Under the pieces are notes generated by a model. That model did no database searches, had not been told where the DNA came from, and saw only the letters and a list, made by a program, of their open reading frames with translations. From Acanthaster planci (lineage: Eukaryota), in contig NW_019091356.1 in the NCBI RefSeq assembly GCF_001949145.1, positions 2,822,713 through 2,886,712 of the forward strand: 64,000 nucleotides of DNA, given 5' to 3'. The stretch's first letter is position 1. Every line of letters begins with the position of its first letter. Position numbers and translations under genes: made by a program. This document shows, one piece after another, positions 24,398 through 37,000 of the stretch.

Positions 24398-26784
24398 CTG
24401 GAGAAAAAACAAACAAAAAGGTATCAAAATACAAAAATACAAGTGACCAATTCAAAGAAATGAATTGTACTGGAAATGACTGGAGTGTTCATGAGCAACA
24501 GGCCTGAACAAATTTCGTACCATAAAAACTGAAAGAAGCTCTGAACACTTCTTTGCCCAATATCCACACTAAATTATGAGCTGATAGAGGTAATGAGATA
24601 AAAAGAGGTAAAAAGTAGCCAAGTGTGAGTGAAAAATCTCCTCAAAGAACAAACTGTTGTTAAAAATCTGCTTATTTTTAGCTTGCATGGAAGTAACTCC
24701 ACAAAAAATCCTCTTACACATACAGACCCTCAAGCAATGAAAATGCTAATGTGAAATGAAAAGTGAGGCACATGAAAGGTAGTTAATGGCCAATCGACGA
24801 ACAATAAGATGTGCTCATTCTGCTGCAAATCCATTACTCGCACTGTGCAGCAAACGCCTTGACGTTTAGCATATGTACCAATCTGATTGCATTATGATCC
24901 ATTCACTGCCCAGGAATCCCTAAGCAAAGTCTCCAAGACAAACCACCAAGTAAAATAAATTATTTGCATTTTGAAGAAGATCACACGCCACTTGCCAGAC
25001 ACCTGAATGTGACCTGAATGGACCCACATTGTCAGGAACCCGTATACAAGTACGGGGACATAGCCTTATGAATTCACCCCAGGGCAGCGCTGTGATCAAT
25101 GCATTCCAGTGTCCTGTGAACAGTGGCATGCTTCACAACAGCTTAGCTGTAGCATGACTTTACATTCAATTAAAACAAGCAGGGAAAACATTTAACACTG
25201 ACAGTTAGGATGAGGTTAAGCCCTCATATTCCCCTTTTTCTCCACCTACCACATAAAGGTAAGGTAATTGATGCATGCACCATCCCTATTGTATAAAATG
25301 GATGATGCCAACTGTGGGGTCCCTGCAGTAGCAAAACAGAGGGTTATGCCCACAAGCACACTTTGGGTTTATGAACTCAAGCATACGGCTGTTTCCTGCT
25401 TCTGATGTTCACTAAAGCGTGTGTCAATAAACAGTCAAGATAACCGGTGCCAGCAGTGCAGCATGCACAGCCTCTATCATAATCTGCAGATCTGGCACAA
25501 ACACCATCATAAATTCAGGTAGCTACCTTTCCCAGGATCATGGAAAGGGGCCCTGACCTGAGGCAGAAATGAATTAAGCTTGTCAGGTACATGTACATTT
25601 ACACGTATTGCAGGTCAACAACAATATAGGATAAGCCCCAAAACGTAGACTACCAGCGAGCGTTTGGGCAGGGTCAATACAGGGCACTATTTCTCCATGA
25701 AGGATAAGGCGTATACAAGGCACATTGTATATTGAATGAGGAAGATGGAACACTAATCTAAGTCCAAAGTGGCTCCCGCCTGGGCAGTCAATACGATACA
25801 GCAGATGGCAGTGGGATGGACCAGCACACCCACACAGCACTATTACATACGTGTGAGCAGTCAAGCAAAGCTGGCCACGAGGGTAGACAAATGAATGCTG
25901 GGACAGTTTATAACTGGGCTGGAATTTTGAAAATTTTGAGGAGTGGTGACACGGTACGAGAAGCATGCACCTTGTATAATAGATGACAACTTTTAACACT
26001 ATAGGTTTTGAGCTTTTTAAGCCCAGTACTTCCATGGAGGTAGGAATGCTACTTCCTCCATGGTACTTCCCAGCAATGATCAAGATTACTTTTGACAAGA
26101 CCGAGCTAATGTCTCAATAGATGTGCTGTATGCAACAGTCTGTGGGTGGTTGTTCCAGCACTTTTGCCTTCAGGACCAGTGACTCCACCCCAGTTTATAT
26201 CATATATCAGAGTGATACAGTTCTTTGTAGACTCCCTGACTTTGGAAAGCAGATGGTTGTAGGTAAAATCACACAAGAGAGGGCCATTTTCTTCAAGTCA
26301 ACAAGCGTAAAATAATTAACTAAAAAATAAAATTACAGAATGATGTCTTAAATTACGTCAGGGTTTTGCCATAAGTTAATTTTCAAATTTTTAAATAGGG
26401 CCTTGGTTAAGTAAAAACTAGAGGACCTAACCAGGATAACTTTTGCATAATTACCTAGGCCCTAGTTTGGTTCTGGTAACTGGAATCCACTTTTTATTTT
26501 TGCCATAACTTAGCCAATGTAGGCTGTAACTTATTCTGTCAGGTGAGCATTCAATGCAAAATTTTAGTCAAAGTGACAAAAAACTTGACTCGGCCCCAAG
26601 TCTCAGAAAACAAGGCACTGAACTTAGGATAATTTCCAATCCAACAAATTAAAACACGAAACGCATTCTGCTCACTAACATGTTAACAACTTCCATAAGG
26701 TCGCAAACAATATATGGCAACCCAAACTTTCTAAGGACAGTCGAGCGTGCCGGATGTCTGCAACTTCGCAAATCCTAGGCCTAC

Positions 26785-26850
26785 CATGTTGCCCTCCCCC
26801 CATTTTGGCCGGCATCTTCGAAGTGTCAGCTTGACACTTTTTCCAAATCC
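26785..26850 (-). other. Candidate first exon of the RING ligase gene (5' boundary approximate)
   Basis: ATG|GTAGGC donor at 26784 next to a CpG-containing promoter-like region; several ATGs. Confidence 0.45.
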
Positions 26851-27130
26851 TTAAACCTGGTTTCGTCTGAGTAAATCAGGCCATCTTTTACCTCGAAAGT
26901 TTAACTGCATACTTACTTTTAAAAACGCTATTTCGAGATGAACCACGTACCAAAATAAGAGCAGGCGTACGTCTGTGTTACATGTGGCGCGAAAACTTCG
27001 TCCACTTTACATGTAGCACAGACTAGTCTGGAGGAAGTCTAAGTAGCTTGCACATGCACAGCTAGCCAGATAGCTAGCCAGCTAGCTAGCCAGCTGTACG
27101 CACACGCACATGCATGCCAAGATCTATGGC
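26850..27130. promoter_or_regulatory. Probable bidirectional promoter shared by the RING ligase gene and HEXIM; E2F-type site GGCGCGAAAA at 26986-26995
   Basis: Lies between divergent genes; CpG-enriched; exact TTTTCGCGCC on the - strand; GCTAGCCA repeats at 27061-27095. Confidence 0.55.
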
Positions 27131-27794
27131 AAGATGCAAGTTTACATTCTTTGAGAAGTCACATGGCGGGGGTGTCATTGTCTTGGCCTTCGTTTTGGTC
27201 ACACTCTGTCATACGTTAAGTTTTTGCAAAGTAATCAACATAGGAATGATATGTTTACGTTCTCTACATTTTGAATTAATGTTGATAAAAAGGCGCATAA
27301 TCTGAGTTTTATTGGGAAAATTAATGCGGACTACGGTTTTCCCTTCCATTAAATGGTACAGCTTAAACAAACAAGTTACTAGCCCGACGACTTTTGTATG
27401 TATGTTGCATTGAAAATGAATGTTTCACTCCTGCCATGCATTCAGGAAAAAAATAGTACTAGCTTTTCAGAAAATGGCATACATTTGCACAAAAAATCAA
27501 ACTTTCTTTTAAAACTTGTTTTAAGCAGTACTCCAATAATGAGAATGTATTGAAAATCTGAGTAATACTTGATCAATTAAACCGTAACAAATTGTCGCGT
27601 AGTGATACTCAGTGAGCCACACTATAAAAGCAAGCGCCTAGACTGAAAATTTACATTTAGAAATGAGAATGGTCAAGGAAAGGACGTGGAAGCTACCGAA
27701 TACCACGAACATTTTCAGACAGAAACTGCCCTATTTTGCATTAATTTCTCGAACATACTGTAAATTTGACACAGTGTCTGGTTGAGTACTGGTT

Positions 27795-28766
27795 ATGGAA
27801 GGTCAGAAAAGGGTGTCTTTTGGAACGGAAAGCGTGGAAGGAGACGACGAAAGAACGGAAAACGAGCGCAGCCCTGACGTTAGTCCCATAACGCAGTGCA
27901 AGTGGCCGCGGACCGCAAGCGGAGGATTTGGGAGGCATCACACGGTGGTCAACAGCGGAGGCAGCGGTACCGATCTATCACGTCGCGCACCCCGCACACG
28001 GAATAGACCCAACCACAGGCGGAGCAGCAGCGCTAGCGGATCGGAGACGGGACAGCCGCAAGAGAACCAAGAGATGGCGCCATCCATCGAGCCTAGTAAC
28101 GACAACCAATCTGGGGGATCACCTCAACAAGCTCGAGAGAATGTCAAGAACGGAGGGGCCCCTCACCACAAGGCAGACGAGAACCTCAGACGCAGGCGGA
28201 GGAATAATCGCAAGAGGAGCCATCGGAAGTGGAAACCTTATTCAAGGTTGACCTGGGAGGAGAGGAAGGAACTGGACGAGCTTGAGAGTAAGCGAGCCAC
28301 CAAGAAGCGAGCCAACCGGCCAACTCCATACAACACAACGCAGTTCCTGATGGAAGATCATAAAGTTGACACACCAGACTTGAGTGCAGGGGGTAATCAC
28401 ATTCCAGGGGACTCATCCGATGAGCTTTTCGATGAGAATGACGACATACGGGATGGGGATTTCTTGGAAAGGGAATTTTCAGCAATGTACGATGAAGTAC
28501 AGTCGGAACGCTTGCAGTCAATGTCCAAGGAACAGTTGGTCTCTGAAGTGCTGACTCTGTCAAAGCGAGTTAATGAGCTTGAGGAAACACGGCAAGCATC
28601 AGATGGAGAGCAGATGAATGGACATTCCATCTCAAAAGATGCCTTTTTGCTTAGAGCGAGGCTCGAGAGTCTCGATGACTTGGAACATGAAGTGCAACGA
28701 TTACGTGAAGAGAACTCAGTCCTCAAAAAGGCAAATCACTCTCAAGGACTTGCAGAATCCAGTTAA
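27795..28766 (+). CDS. HEXIM: HEXIM protein (7SK-dependent P-TEFb inhibitor), intronless ORF of 323 aa
   Basis: Arg-rich RNA-binding region, WKPYSRLTWEE, PYNTTQFLMEDH (CDK9-binding PYNT motif), acidic region, FLEREFSAMY...ERLQSMSKEQLV and a C-terminal cyclin-T-binding coiled coil. Confidence 0.97.
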   Translation: MEGQKRVSFGTESVEGDDERTENERSPDVSPITQCKWPRTASGGFGRHHTVVNSGGSGTDLSRRAPRTRNRPNHRRSSSASGSETGQPQENQEMAPSIEPSNDNQSGGSPQQARENVKNGGAPHHKADENLRRRRRNNRKRSHRKWKPYSRLTWEERKELDELESKRATKKRANRPTPYNTTQFLMEDHKVDTPDLSAGGNHIPGDSSDELFDENDDIRDGDFLEREFSAMYDEVQSERLQSMSKEQLVSEVLTLSKRVNELEETRQASDGEQMNGHSISKDAFLLRARLESLDDLEHEVQRLREENSVLKKANHSQGLAESS

Positions 28767-29164
28767 TTTTGTTTTTTATGTAGGGCATTGAACATTTTAT
28801 TCCCACCCAGTTGGATAAACTGAAACTGTAACATTTAATCAATTAACAAAGGTCAGTTAAAGTGGTGGCCAAACATTAAACTGAAACATCACATAGTATA
28901 TTGCAATACACATTCCACCTAAAATGATTTGAAAATCTGTAGTAGATTGGGATCTTATTCATCTGTCATGTCCGATAAGATGGATGAACAGACATTGCAG
29001 ATGTCCCCGTGATAGGAGTCCCAAATATGCACTGGTCTCATTTTTACCACAGTAACTGTGTGGGTCAAATTGTGGTTTGATGAACCTGTTTGCCTGTCAT
29101 GTCTGTCCCCAAAACTGCCCCACTGATAAGTTCTGCTAATGAAGATCCAAAACCAAAGCACGCT

Positions 29165-29436
29165 TGTCACGCCCCAACTATACATGTAGCATCTGTCCCA
29201 ACTATAGTTTGGACAATCCCAACTGTAGTGCTGCAGTTGGGCCGGCCCAACTATTGTTGACCAATTTCTATTGAAAATTAACAACCTTATCTAGGTCTGT
29301 GAACCTTGCACTAGACACAGTTCATTGTGAACAATATGAATTTGGCACATACGAGGCACATGCACTCTGGACCTCTGTGCAGCAGTTGGGCGGGCCCAGC
29401 TATAGTTGGGACTGATGCTGTAGTTGGGGTGTAACA
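29165..29436. mobile_element. MITE/foldback-like element downstream of HEXIM
   Basis: TIR TGTCACGCCCCAACTA / TAGTTGGGGTGTAACA with internal inverted CCCAACTA/TAGTTGGG subrepeats. Confidence 0.7.
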
Positions 29437-32400
29437 CACTCATAGTGGCAATGCAATTTTAGGATAAAGTGGATTAACAGTGTTTTTTGTCAAGAATTTG
29501 AGGACCAAGAATGAACAAGGAAATAGAGTTGAATCATTAACACAGATTTTTATGCCTTTTACAGATCGCCCATTTTTCTTACAAGCTTTTGAAGCTTCAG
29601 TTCACATTTGACATTTCACTTACAGTAAGGAGGTTTTTCTTTGTAGCAAATTATAAGAACATGGAAGATGAAATGTTCGAAAAGAAAAGCATAGAAAGCA
29701 TCTACCGCTGAATGCTAAGTGTTTGACCCCAAATTTGTTTTAAAATAATGAAAATAAATTAACCCCTATTTGTCATGCATTGTCACGAGACAAATAACTT
29801 TATTGAAAGAGTTGCGCAATACACGTTCCTTTACGAGGAAATGAGTACATGTACTTGTAGGAGTTAACCACGGACTACCGTGCTGTGATGTAATTTTAAA
29901 TTTTGGCTTTAATTGATGGACACAAAAGTTGAAAATAAAAGACAGTAAGAACAGATTTGTATTCAGCCCCAAAATGCCTTGAATTTCATTATCACGTTTT
30001 TGATACTAGTATTCGCAGGAAAGAAGAGGAAATGTTGTATTCAACTGTTGATGAAATTATTTGAATTCAAACGGAAGTCAATATGAAATACAAAATGAAA
30101 CTTACTGGCTTTGCTCAACTGATTGTGTTCAGAGACAATGTGTAGCTGTAATTCTGGACCAGGGAGACCTTTCGGAATGCATTTTTAAGATAATGTTTGA
30201 ATTGTGAATTTGAGCCTGTGGGGAAGAGGGATAGAGGCTTTGACATCCAGTATGCTGCTTGTTTGTATTTTTGTTAAATCTCATGCCGACAGATATTTTC
30301 CTGTCCATGGCTAAAATCGAACTTGTCAGTTGGCATGTACATTTACATCCCGTTTCATATATATGTGTGCTCCATTGAGAATTGAAAGAGAACCTGACAT
30401 TCTCTGATGTGTACCCAAGTAATGTCATCCTGAACAAAAGCCGCGTGAGGCATGTTTGGAATTTGTTGGGGTCATACAACAGTGCTGTGGTGAAATTTCA
30501 TCCATTGTCCACTGCATGGATTTGGCTCTAATCTGGGCTATGTCGTGTCGCAGTAAAGAGAAATTACAAGATCCACATGAATTTGCCGCTGAGTTCAGAT
30601 GTCTTCACTTTGAAAAGAGTGTGTTTTCACAAACATTTACGTGTATTTAGGATGTGAAGCAAGAAGAATTGAAGACAAAATAATAGAGCTCGCTTAGGTC
30701 TTGGCCCCATCCACCTTTTAAACTTACCATTTTTGTAGTTAAACCCTAAAGTGAAGCAGGAATGGACCAAGGGCTGTGTATTTGGGGTTAATTTCCCCTC
30801 TCATGTTGCCCTTTTGGTTCAGAGACTGAAGAGACTGCTGCTTATTAGGGTAATGACTGTCAACAGCTGTGTTGCTATATTTGGATTACATCTCCATGTG
30901 GCATAGAGAGGCAGCTGGGTTTAAGCTCCGGGAAATCCAATCAGAAAACCAAGGGCGGATCCCTCAGCAAAACTAAACCCCAATTAAGCCAAAGCCAGGA
31001 TGGACAGGCAGCCTTCTGTAAATTTACAATCTAGAGACTCTGCTCGCAGCTCGGGCAGATTCATTTGATCGATGCTTACTCTGGTAGACTTTGTTCCATC
31101 ATTGCTGGGTGGTCATCTTTCTAGGTGTAGGTTAAGTTATGTCATCCCAAGCATAGGGGGTTAACAGTTCATAAGATCTGTGTGTGTGACAAAGTTGTCT
31201 ACTCCCCCTTCACCATGTGGCCATGAGGCATTTTTCTGAAAAACTTTATGAATGTTAATGATCAATCAAATATGATTTATTATAATGCATTCTGAAAGCT
31301 GCCATTACCAATTACAAATAGTTTGGTAAATGTTTTTATTACTTGTTGAATTCTGTATATTTCTGGTTACAAAAATTAGAACGCATACATTTTTAACTTG
31401 TATGAAAAAGTGAAGAATTTTGGATACTTTTCTATTTTTGTGGAAGGTATTTTTCAAAAAAAGTCAAACGTTTTAAAAAAAGTTAAATTGGGCATTTATA
31501 GTGAACAAAGATAGTTCACACAAATAGTATTATTCTTCCATGGAAGAAACTGTTACGAAAAAGATTGATATATTTTGGTGCTATATAGCCTTTTATTTAA
31601 ATGAAAAAAAAATAATACCTTCTTTTAAAGGGAACCTGATTAGGAAAATATTGGCAAATATCCAAAATTCTTTACTCGTGCACATCATTCTGAAATGTTT
31701 ACGCCCCCATTGATTGGATGGGGACAAGGTCTGACTGTGAAGATAGGTCCAATATATGCGAATCTTCAGGGACCATCTACAATTGCCAGATCACAATACT
31801 GTCAGTGCAGAGCCAATACACTTGTCAAGAAGATGTGTGCATGGAATTGTTTGCAGATGTATTGATCTTAGAATGTGTCACTGGAATGGAAAGTCATTGG
31901 CTGTACCCAGTGTTATTTTATGGCATTTGAAGGAATAAAATACCTTTATATGTACATACATGTGCATCTACATGACAAGTACATGCATGTGGGATCATGT
32001 ACATGTATGTGTATATTCGCTCATCAGAGTAATCCGGTATCTTAGATCATGGCTCATGGTTGCCCTAATTGCCTGTGCACCAGTGTGGATTTCGGGATTC
32101 AACGAAAAGATGTAGTTCCACTTAAGTCTCAGGTATTGCCTTGACTTCGCCTCTCACGTCCCCCCCTCCCCACCCCATCATTGAAATGGATAGATGTGAT
32201 TGGATGTGATTCTCATTTTATTACAACATCTCTGCATTAGTTAATAAAACTGTTTCCCATGGATCTACATGTACATTGCTGTCACTTTTTGGGGGTGGGG
32301 TGGGGCATATACCAATTATTATGTCCTTGTGAATTGAGAAAATTTACAGAGAATGTTTTACCTCTCCCCAAATGAGGGTCCACTTCAGAATCAAAATTGC

Positions 32401-33914
32401 ATTGTTTACACGGCAGCAGTATGTGAAAGGACATTATCTTTTGACTTTAAGAAAAAGATTTACTCGGTCAACTTTTCTCCAGAACCATATCTTTGCATTC
32501 TTCATCTGTCGTGTATGGAGAAAGAGATAGCCTTGTCAATCGTCTGTAATCACTCACGAGAGAGGGATATTGTCACAAATAATATTTTCATTTTCCCAAT
32601 GTTAAAATACAAAATGACCATTTAATACATGAACTTATGTAAACAATTCTAAATCGATAATCTGTGTAGAACCATGCTTTCCTTGGTTATTAAGTACTAT
32701 AAAAACTTGCCGGTTTTATTTTACCCCACGAAAATTCAATATTGTTTTATCAAAGCTTATTGATAGTTTGACGGATAAGGGCATTGATCCGACTGAATAT
32801 CAATCAACACCGATAATGTTGTTATTTCAGGAGTTTGTGTAATTCGCCTATTTGTTGACTCGGTGTATATGTTGGCATCCTCAACCTCTTGCTCAGAGTA
32901 ATGTATCTGATGCAGTTATCAAGGAACTTTCCCCTAAATCAGACGTAATGCATGGGATCGGTTCCTGACAGGATTCTTCTACAGTTACTGCACATCCTTG
33001 CAGCCGGTCAACTTCACTGCTAACAATCCCGTGTTATAACAATGGCACAGTACTGTCAAAGTCCACCAAGTGTGGATTGACCATGAACAAAATCAATACA
33101 AAACTGTAAACACCTCCAAGCCATTCAGGCAGCAGCCTAGATGGTGCAAACATCTGTCACCGGGAACAATGTACATGGACTTCTTTGGTTCCGTTCTTTG
33201 TGTGTATCCAAACATGTTCAATCAAATCTCCATGTAAAGAGCTCTGTTGTGACAAATACTGTTTCCGAGGGGCCACTCCAAATTTTCAGTGTTTTGAAAT
33301 TATGATTTTTTTCCCAAATTTTTGTACCCATCCACCCACCCCCATTTTCGATTAACAAAAAAGTGATTTTGTCATCCAGTGTTAAACTACATGAAATTGC
33401 ATGCTGGTACATATACATGAACATGTACATGTACAGTATGTTCATATGTACATGTATGTTGTATGTCATGAAGTTCGGTTCGGTCACATACCGTAGTTCA
33501 GGCATGTCAAAGGATCTTTTTTTTGTTTGTTGTCTTTTGAAATAAAAAACGAATTTGGATTTTCAATTGCTTTTTTTTACCCATTCAACCACTATTTTGA
33601 AAAATAGTGCATGGATCTAGTAATCTTACCGTAAGGAAAGTTGACGGTATCATACACTTCAAACATGAAGTTGTCAAATATCTTATTTTCCAGTTTGTGT
33701 ATGCGTCAGTGTGTGCATACCTGGGTATATTTATGCATATGTTGTATGCACAACCCTTGTGTTACATGTAGGTCTACCAACACCTGCAAATGAGCCACAA
33801 CTATCCAACACACACCGATAGCAGTGGTTCAGACAAGGCTTGCTGACGAAATGTTAAATGACCTCATCCAAGGCTGAGCCCCATCAAGGAAACTCAGTCT
33901 AGTTTGACTAGAAC

Positions 33915-34039
33915 TTAGGCCGTGTCTAAAACGGGCTTCCAGAGCTACGGCTAGGTCTATCTTCTACGCGTCTCCATGCATTTCCAATGGAGTGAAGACC
34001 TAGACCTAGCTTCAGACAAGAGATTCAGATGCAGCCTTA
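33915..34039. mobile_element. Small PIF/Harbinger-like MITE
   Basis: TTA on both sides; GGCCGTGTCTAAA / TTCAGATGCAGCC termini; internal inverted CTAGGTCTA/TAGACCTAG. Confidence 0.55.
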
Positions 34040-37000
34040 GGCTGGACATGGCACTGGCCAGGAGTAGGGAGGGTGTGTGTAAGGTGGATTGGACTTGGTC
34101 TGTTGCTAGGCTATTCTGTGACGGGACTTGCCATTTTTCAGCTTAGTTTGTATGTTAACCAATGCTGCAAATTTGTCATTTTTAAGGCCATAGCTTTTGC
34201 CTGAGTGATACAATTTATATCTGAAAAATTCCTAGTTTCTGTGGAATCTGTCATTTGTAAATGTACAGCTTTTGCCTGAGCTTTCCAAGCTTTGCTTGCA
34301 GATTTCATGTCTGAAGACCTGAGCTGTATATCACCACATTCCAACGGGAATCCCATTCAGATTGTGCCTAGGTCTAACAATCTCCCTGCTGTGAGTCATC
34401 GAGAGCAATCATTTCATCTTGCCGAGCTCGCTGCTCTTACTCCGCCAAGCCGAAATTCATACATTATCACCCCAACGAAAGACATCATAGATATGCTGGA
34501 GATTGAGAAAATAAATGCGAACGGCCCCATCCATATGTTTTTTGTACCATTGAACAAGATTTTGCTCGTTAAATTTTCCTCATCTTGAATTGTAAATTTT
34601 AAGAACAGATACCTTGAAGAATTGGTGCAAACATATAAAAAGAAGTAAGAAGTGCCATAACGTAAAAATGAAAGAGATTGGCTACATTAAGCTAGAAAAT
34701 TGATGAGGATATGATGAGGTTGTGACTTTTTTTTTCAAGAACTGACATTCTGCACTGCCCAGATTTATTCGACAGCTCAACACACAGCGCTCAGTCACCT
34801 AGACAGGACGTACTTATTGGAAGGAATGACATGACTAGCATTTACATGGGTAATGCAACCTTCCTTTTTGTCTCTCTGTGCAAGGAAACCAATTAGGGTT
34901 TTTTTTTTCAATTTACTGCTAAGGTCTATTTTTGTGCGTGGGAGGTTTCTTCCTCAGTGGCATACTAAGATAGGAAAGAGATACTGAGGCAGTTTTTAAG
35001 AATTAGGGAGTGAGACGTGAAATGTGACCTGTTTTCATGTGGCGCTTTCAACTGTACATGGGCTTGAGACAAAGTTTGGTTTGAGTCTAACCAGGTTGCG
35101 AATTTGCTTAGAAAAAAAATTCAAAAGAAAACATTTCAATATCCGTGAAAGGAATTGACCAAGTTTTAGAAATGCTTTCTTGCTTCAGCAGAATGCAGAC
35201 ACAGTGTATTTTTAAGGTGCCTTTAGGTCTTCTGTGAATTTGGCTCTAGGAAACATGAACCGTGAGGGACTGACTGAGATGTGTCAATGCAGGACGTGAC
35301 ACCATGATTCTGACTCCTTGGTCCAAAAGACTGAATACTGCACTTGACACTTTTAAGAGTGGGTGTGTGGCCAATGTTTGACAACCCAGCCAATTTTTTG
35401 GACAAAGAAAATACTACCCAACTGCTGTCCCGAACTAACAACATAATTAATACCTGAAGTCAAGGATTTCCATGTTGATTTCTGTCGGTTTTGACAGATT
35501 AAGTTAATTGATATGTCATAATTTGGCAAAAGTTAATCATATGTTTATCTTTGTAACAAAGCTTTTTGCTGAATTGGCAAAAAATTCTTGACAATTGTGA
35601 GTCTTGGCAAAAGGGACGCATTCTGGCATACCGTACATGAATGCAGGGTGGCAAGCATACATGCAGATCTTTAGCTTTGGTAAGAATATGTGCCGAGTGC
35701 TCAACCCTTGAACTATGGTAGTCTAGCATCCATGCTGCTTTTAGCATCAATTTGCATTTTGCAATGGCAGTGTATCTGCTGGCACAGACTACAGCTGTAA
35801 GTAGTGGCTGCAAGCTAACTGGCCTCTTTGCACTGCAATCATGTGACACCTTTCTGACATTTAAAGGGGACCACAGATGTTGTTAATCACACTGCAAAGG
35901 CAGTTTATTTGCCTTTTCATGTGTGATGTGCTTGCGTGTACCCTCAAAACGAATAAGCTAGGTTCACTGTTTTTGTTGTTTTGCTCTGTTTTTTTTTTAA
36001 ATTGTCAATGCCTCACGCGGATTTGCATCTCAGTTATTATTAATTAAGTGTAGCAGGTACATACATTTATGTTGCTTGGAATTTTCAGCGGGAGTTCTGT
36101 TGTAACTTCTTACATATATTTTTTCATGAAACTGCAGCATGTGCGGTGTGTGGATGTTGACTGGGGATAAAGTCAGTTTGGGTCTGTGGATTCTTGGAAA
36201 AAAAGAATGCCATTTACTTCATCCACTGATAAAATCGGGTATGGCTTTATATAGCTTGCAGGATATTTGGGGTGAAGGGGGTGGGGTGACTTAGGACATG
36301 CTTGTAAACATATATGTCCCCATTTAGGAATGGAAATGTTCCTGGCTTGCAATGATGGAACTGTTAGATCTAAACCTAAACCCTTTTTTCAAATCCCAAG
36401 TACAAAACTGATCAAGTTGTTGATGTGGGTGGGGGGGGGTAGCTTGGGAAGTCTGTATAGGGTTCAGTGGTATGCACTTGGTCGCAAATTCGTGTATAAT
36501 CAACAATTATTGTTTTCATATTACTTGGGGAACTTGCTGAAGGGAGGGGAACACGTGCACCTGCCTATGTATCAAACCATGGAGTGCTTGGCCCCAGCAG
36601 TGAATAATAATCTCAGCACGTGCACTTTTGTCTTCTTTTTTTCTGTACATTGTAAGGTAACATTTCAACAACAGTGCTTGAATTGTAAAGAACAGTCCAA
36701 GTAAATTGTTTTACCCAAACCCTCCTGAACATCACTGTAGTTGAGACCATCACGACTTACCACAAGACCAGTCACAAGTAACAGGGTGAACAGTGACAAA
36801 GGAAATGCTTTTGTTACAGTTCATTTAAATTCCTTGTGACTTGAATGCAGACTTGAGGTGTTGGTCATGTGATGGTCTTGTATAGGGCCTTGATTGTGAT
36901 GGTGGTGTTAGGAGATACTACTCTTGAAGAGCAAACCATCGTGACTAACTTTACTCAAGGAGTGTACATGTACATAAATTATAATGAAAGGAGTGCATAC

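Noticed and set aside
27061..27095. GCTAGCCA repeats as part of a 7SK RNA next to HEXIM
   Set aside because: Only superficial similarity to CUGGCUAG; no GAUC/GAUC 5' stem or Pol III gene layout is recognisable.
33380..33460. TACATGTA palindrome clusters (also near 31950-32010 and 39955-39980)
   Set aside because: A simple motif that recurs throughout the window; treated as genomic background.
34292..34600. 98-aa + strand ORF and a hydrophobic - strand frame
   Set aside because: No recognisable homology and no convincing splice sites or start context.
35765..35840. TGGCAGTGTA as a miR-34/449-like precursor
   Set aside because: Seed match only; the 3' half diverges and only about 8 bp can pair.
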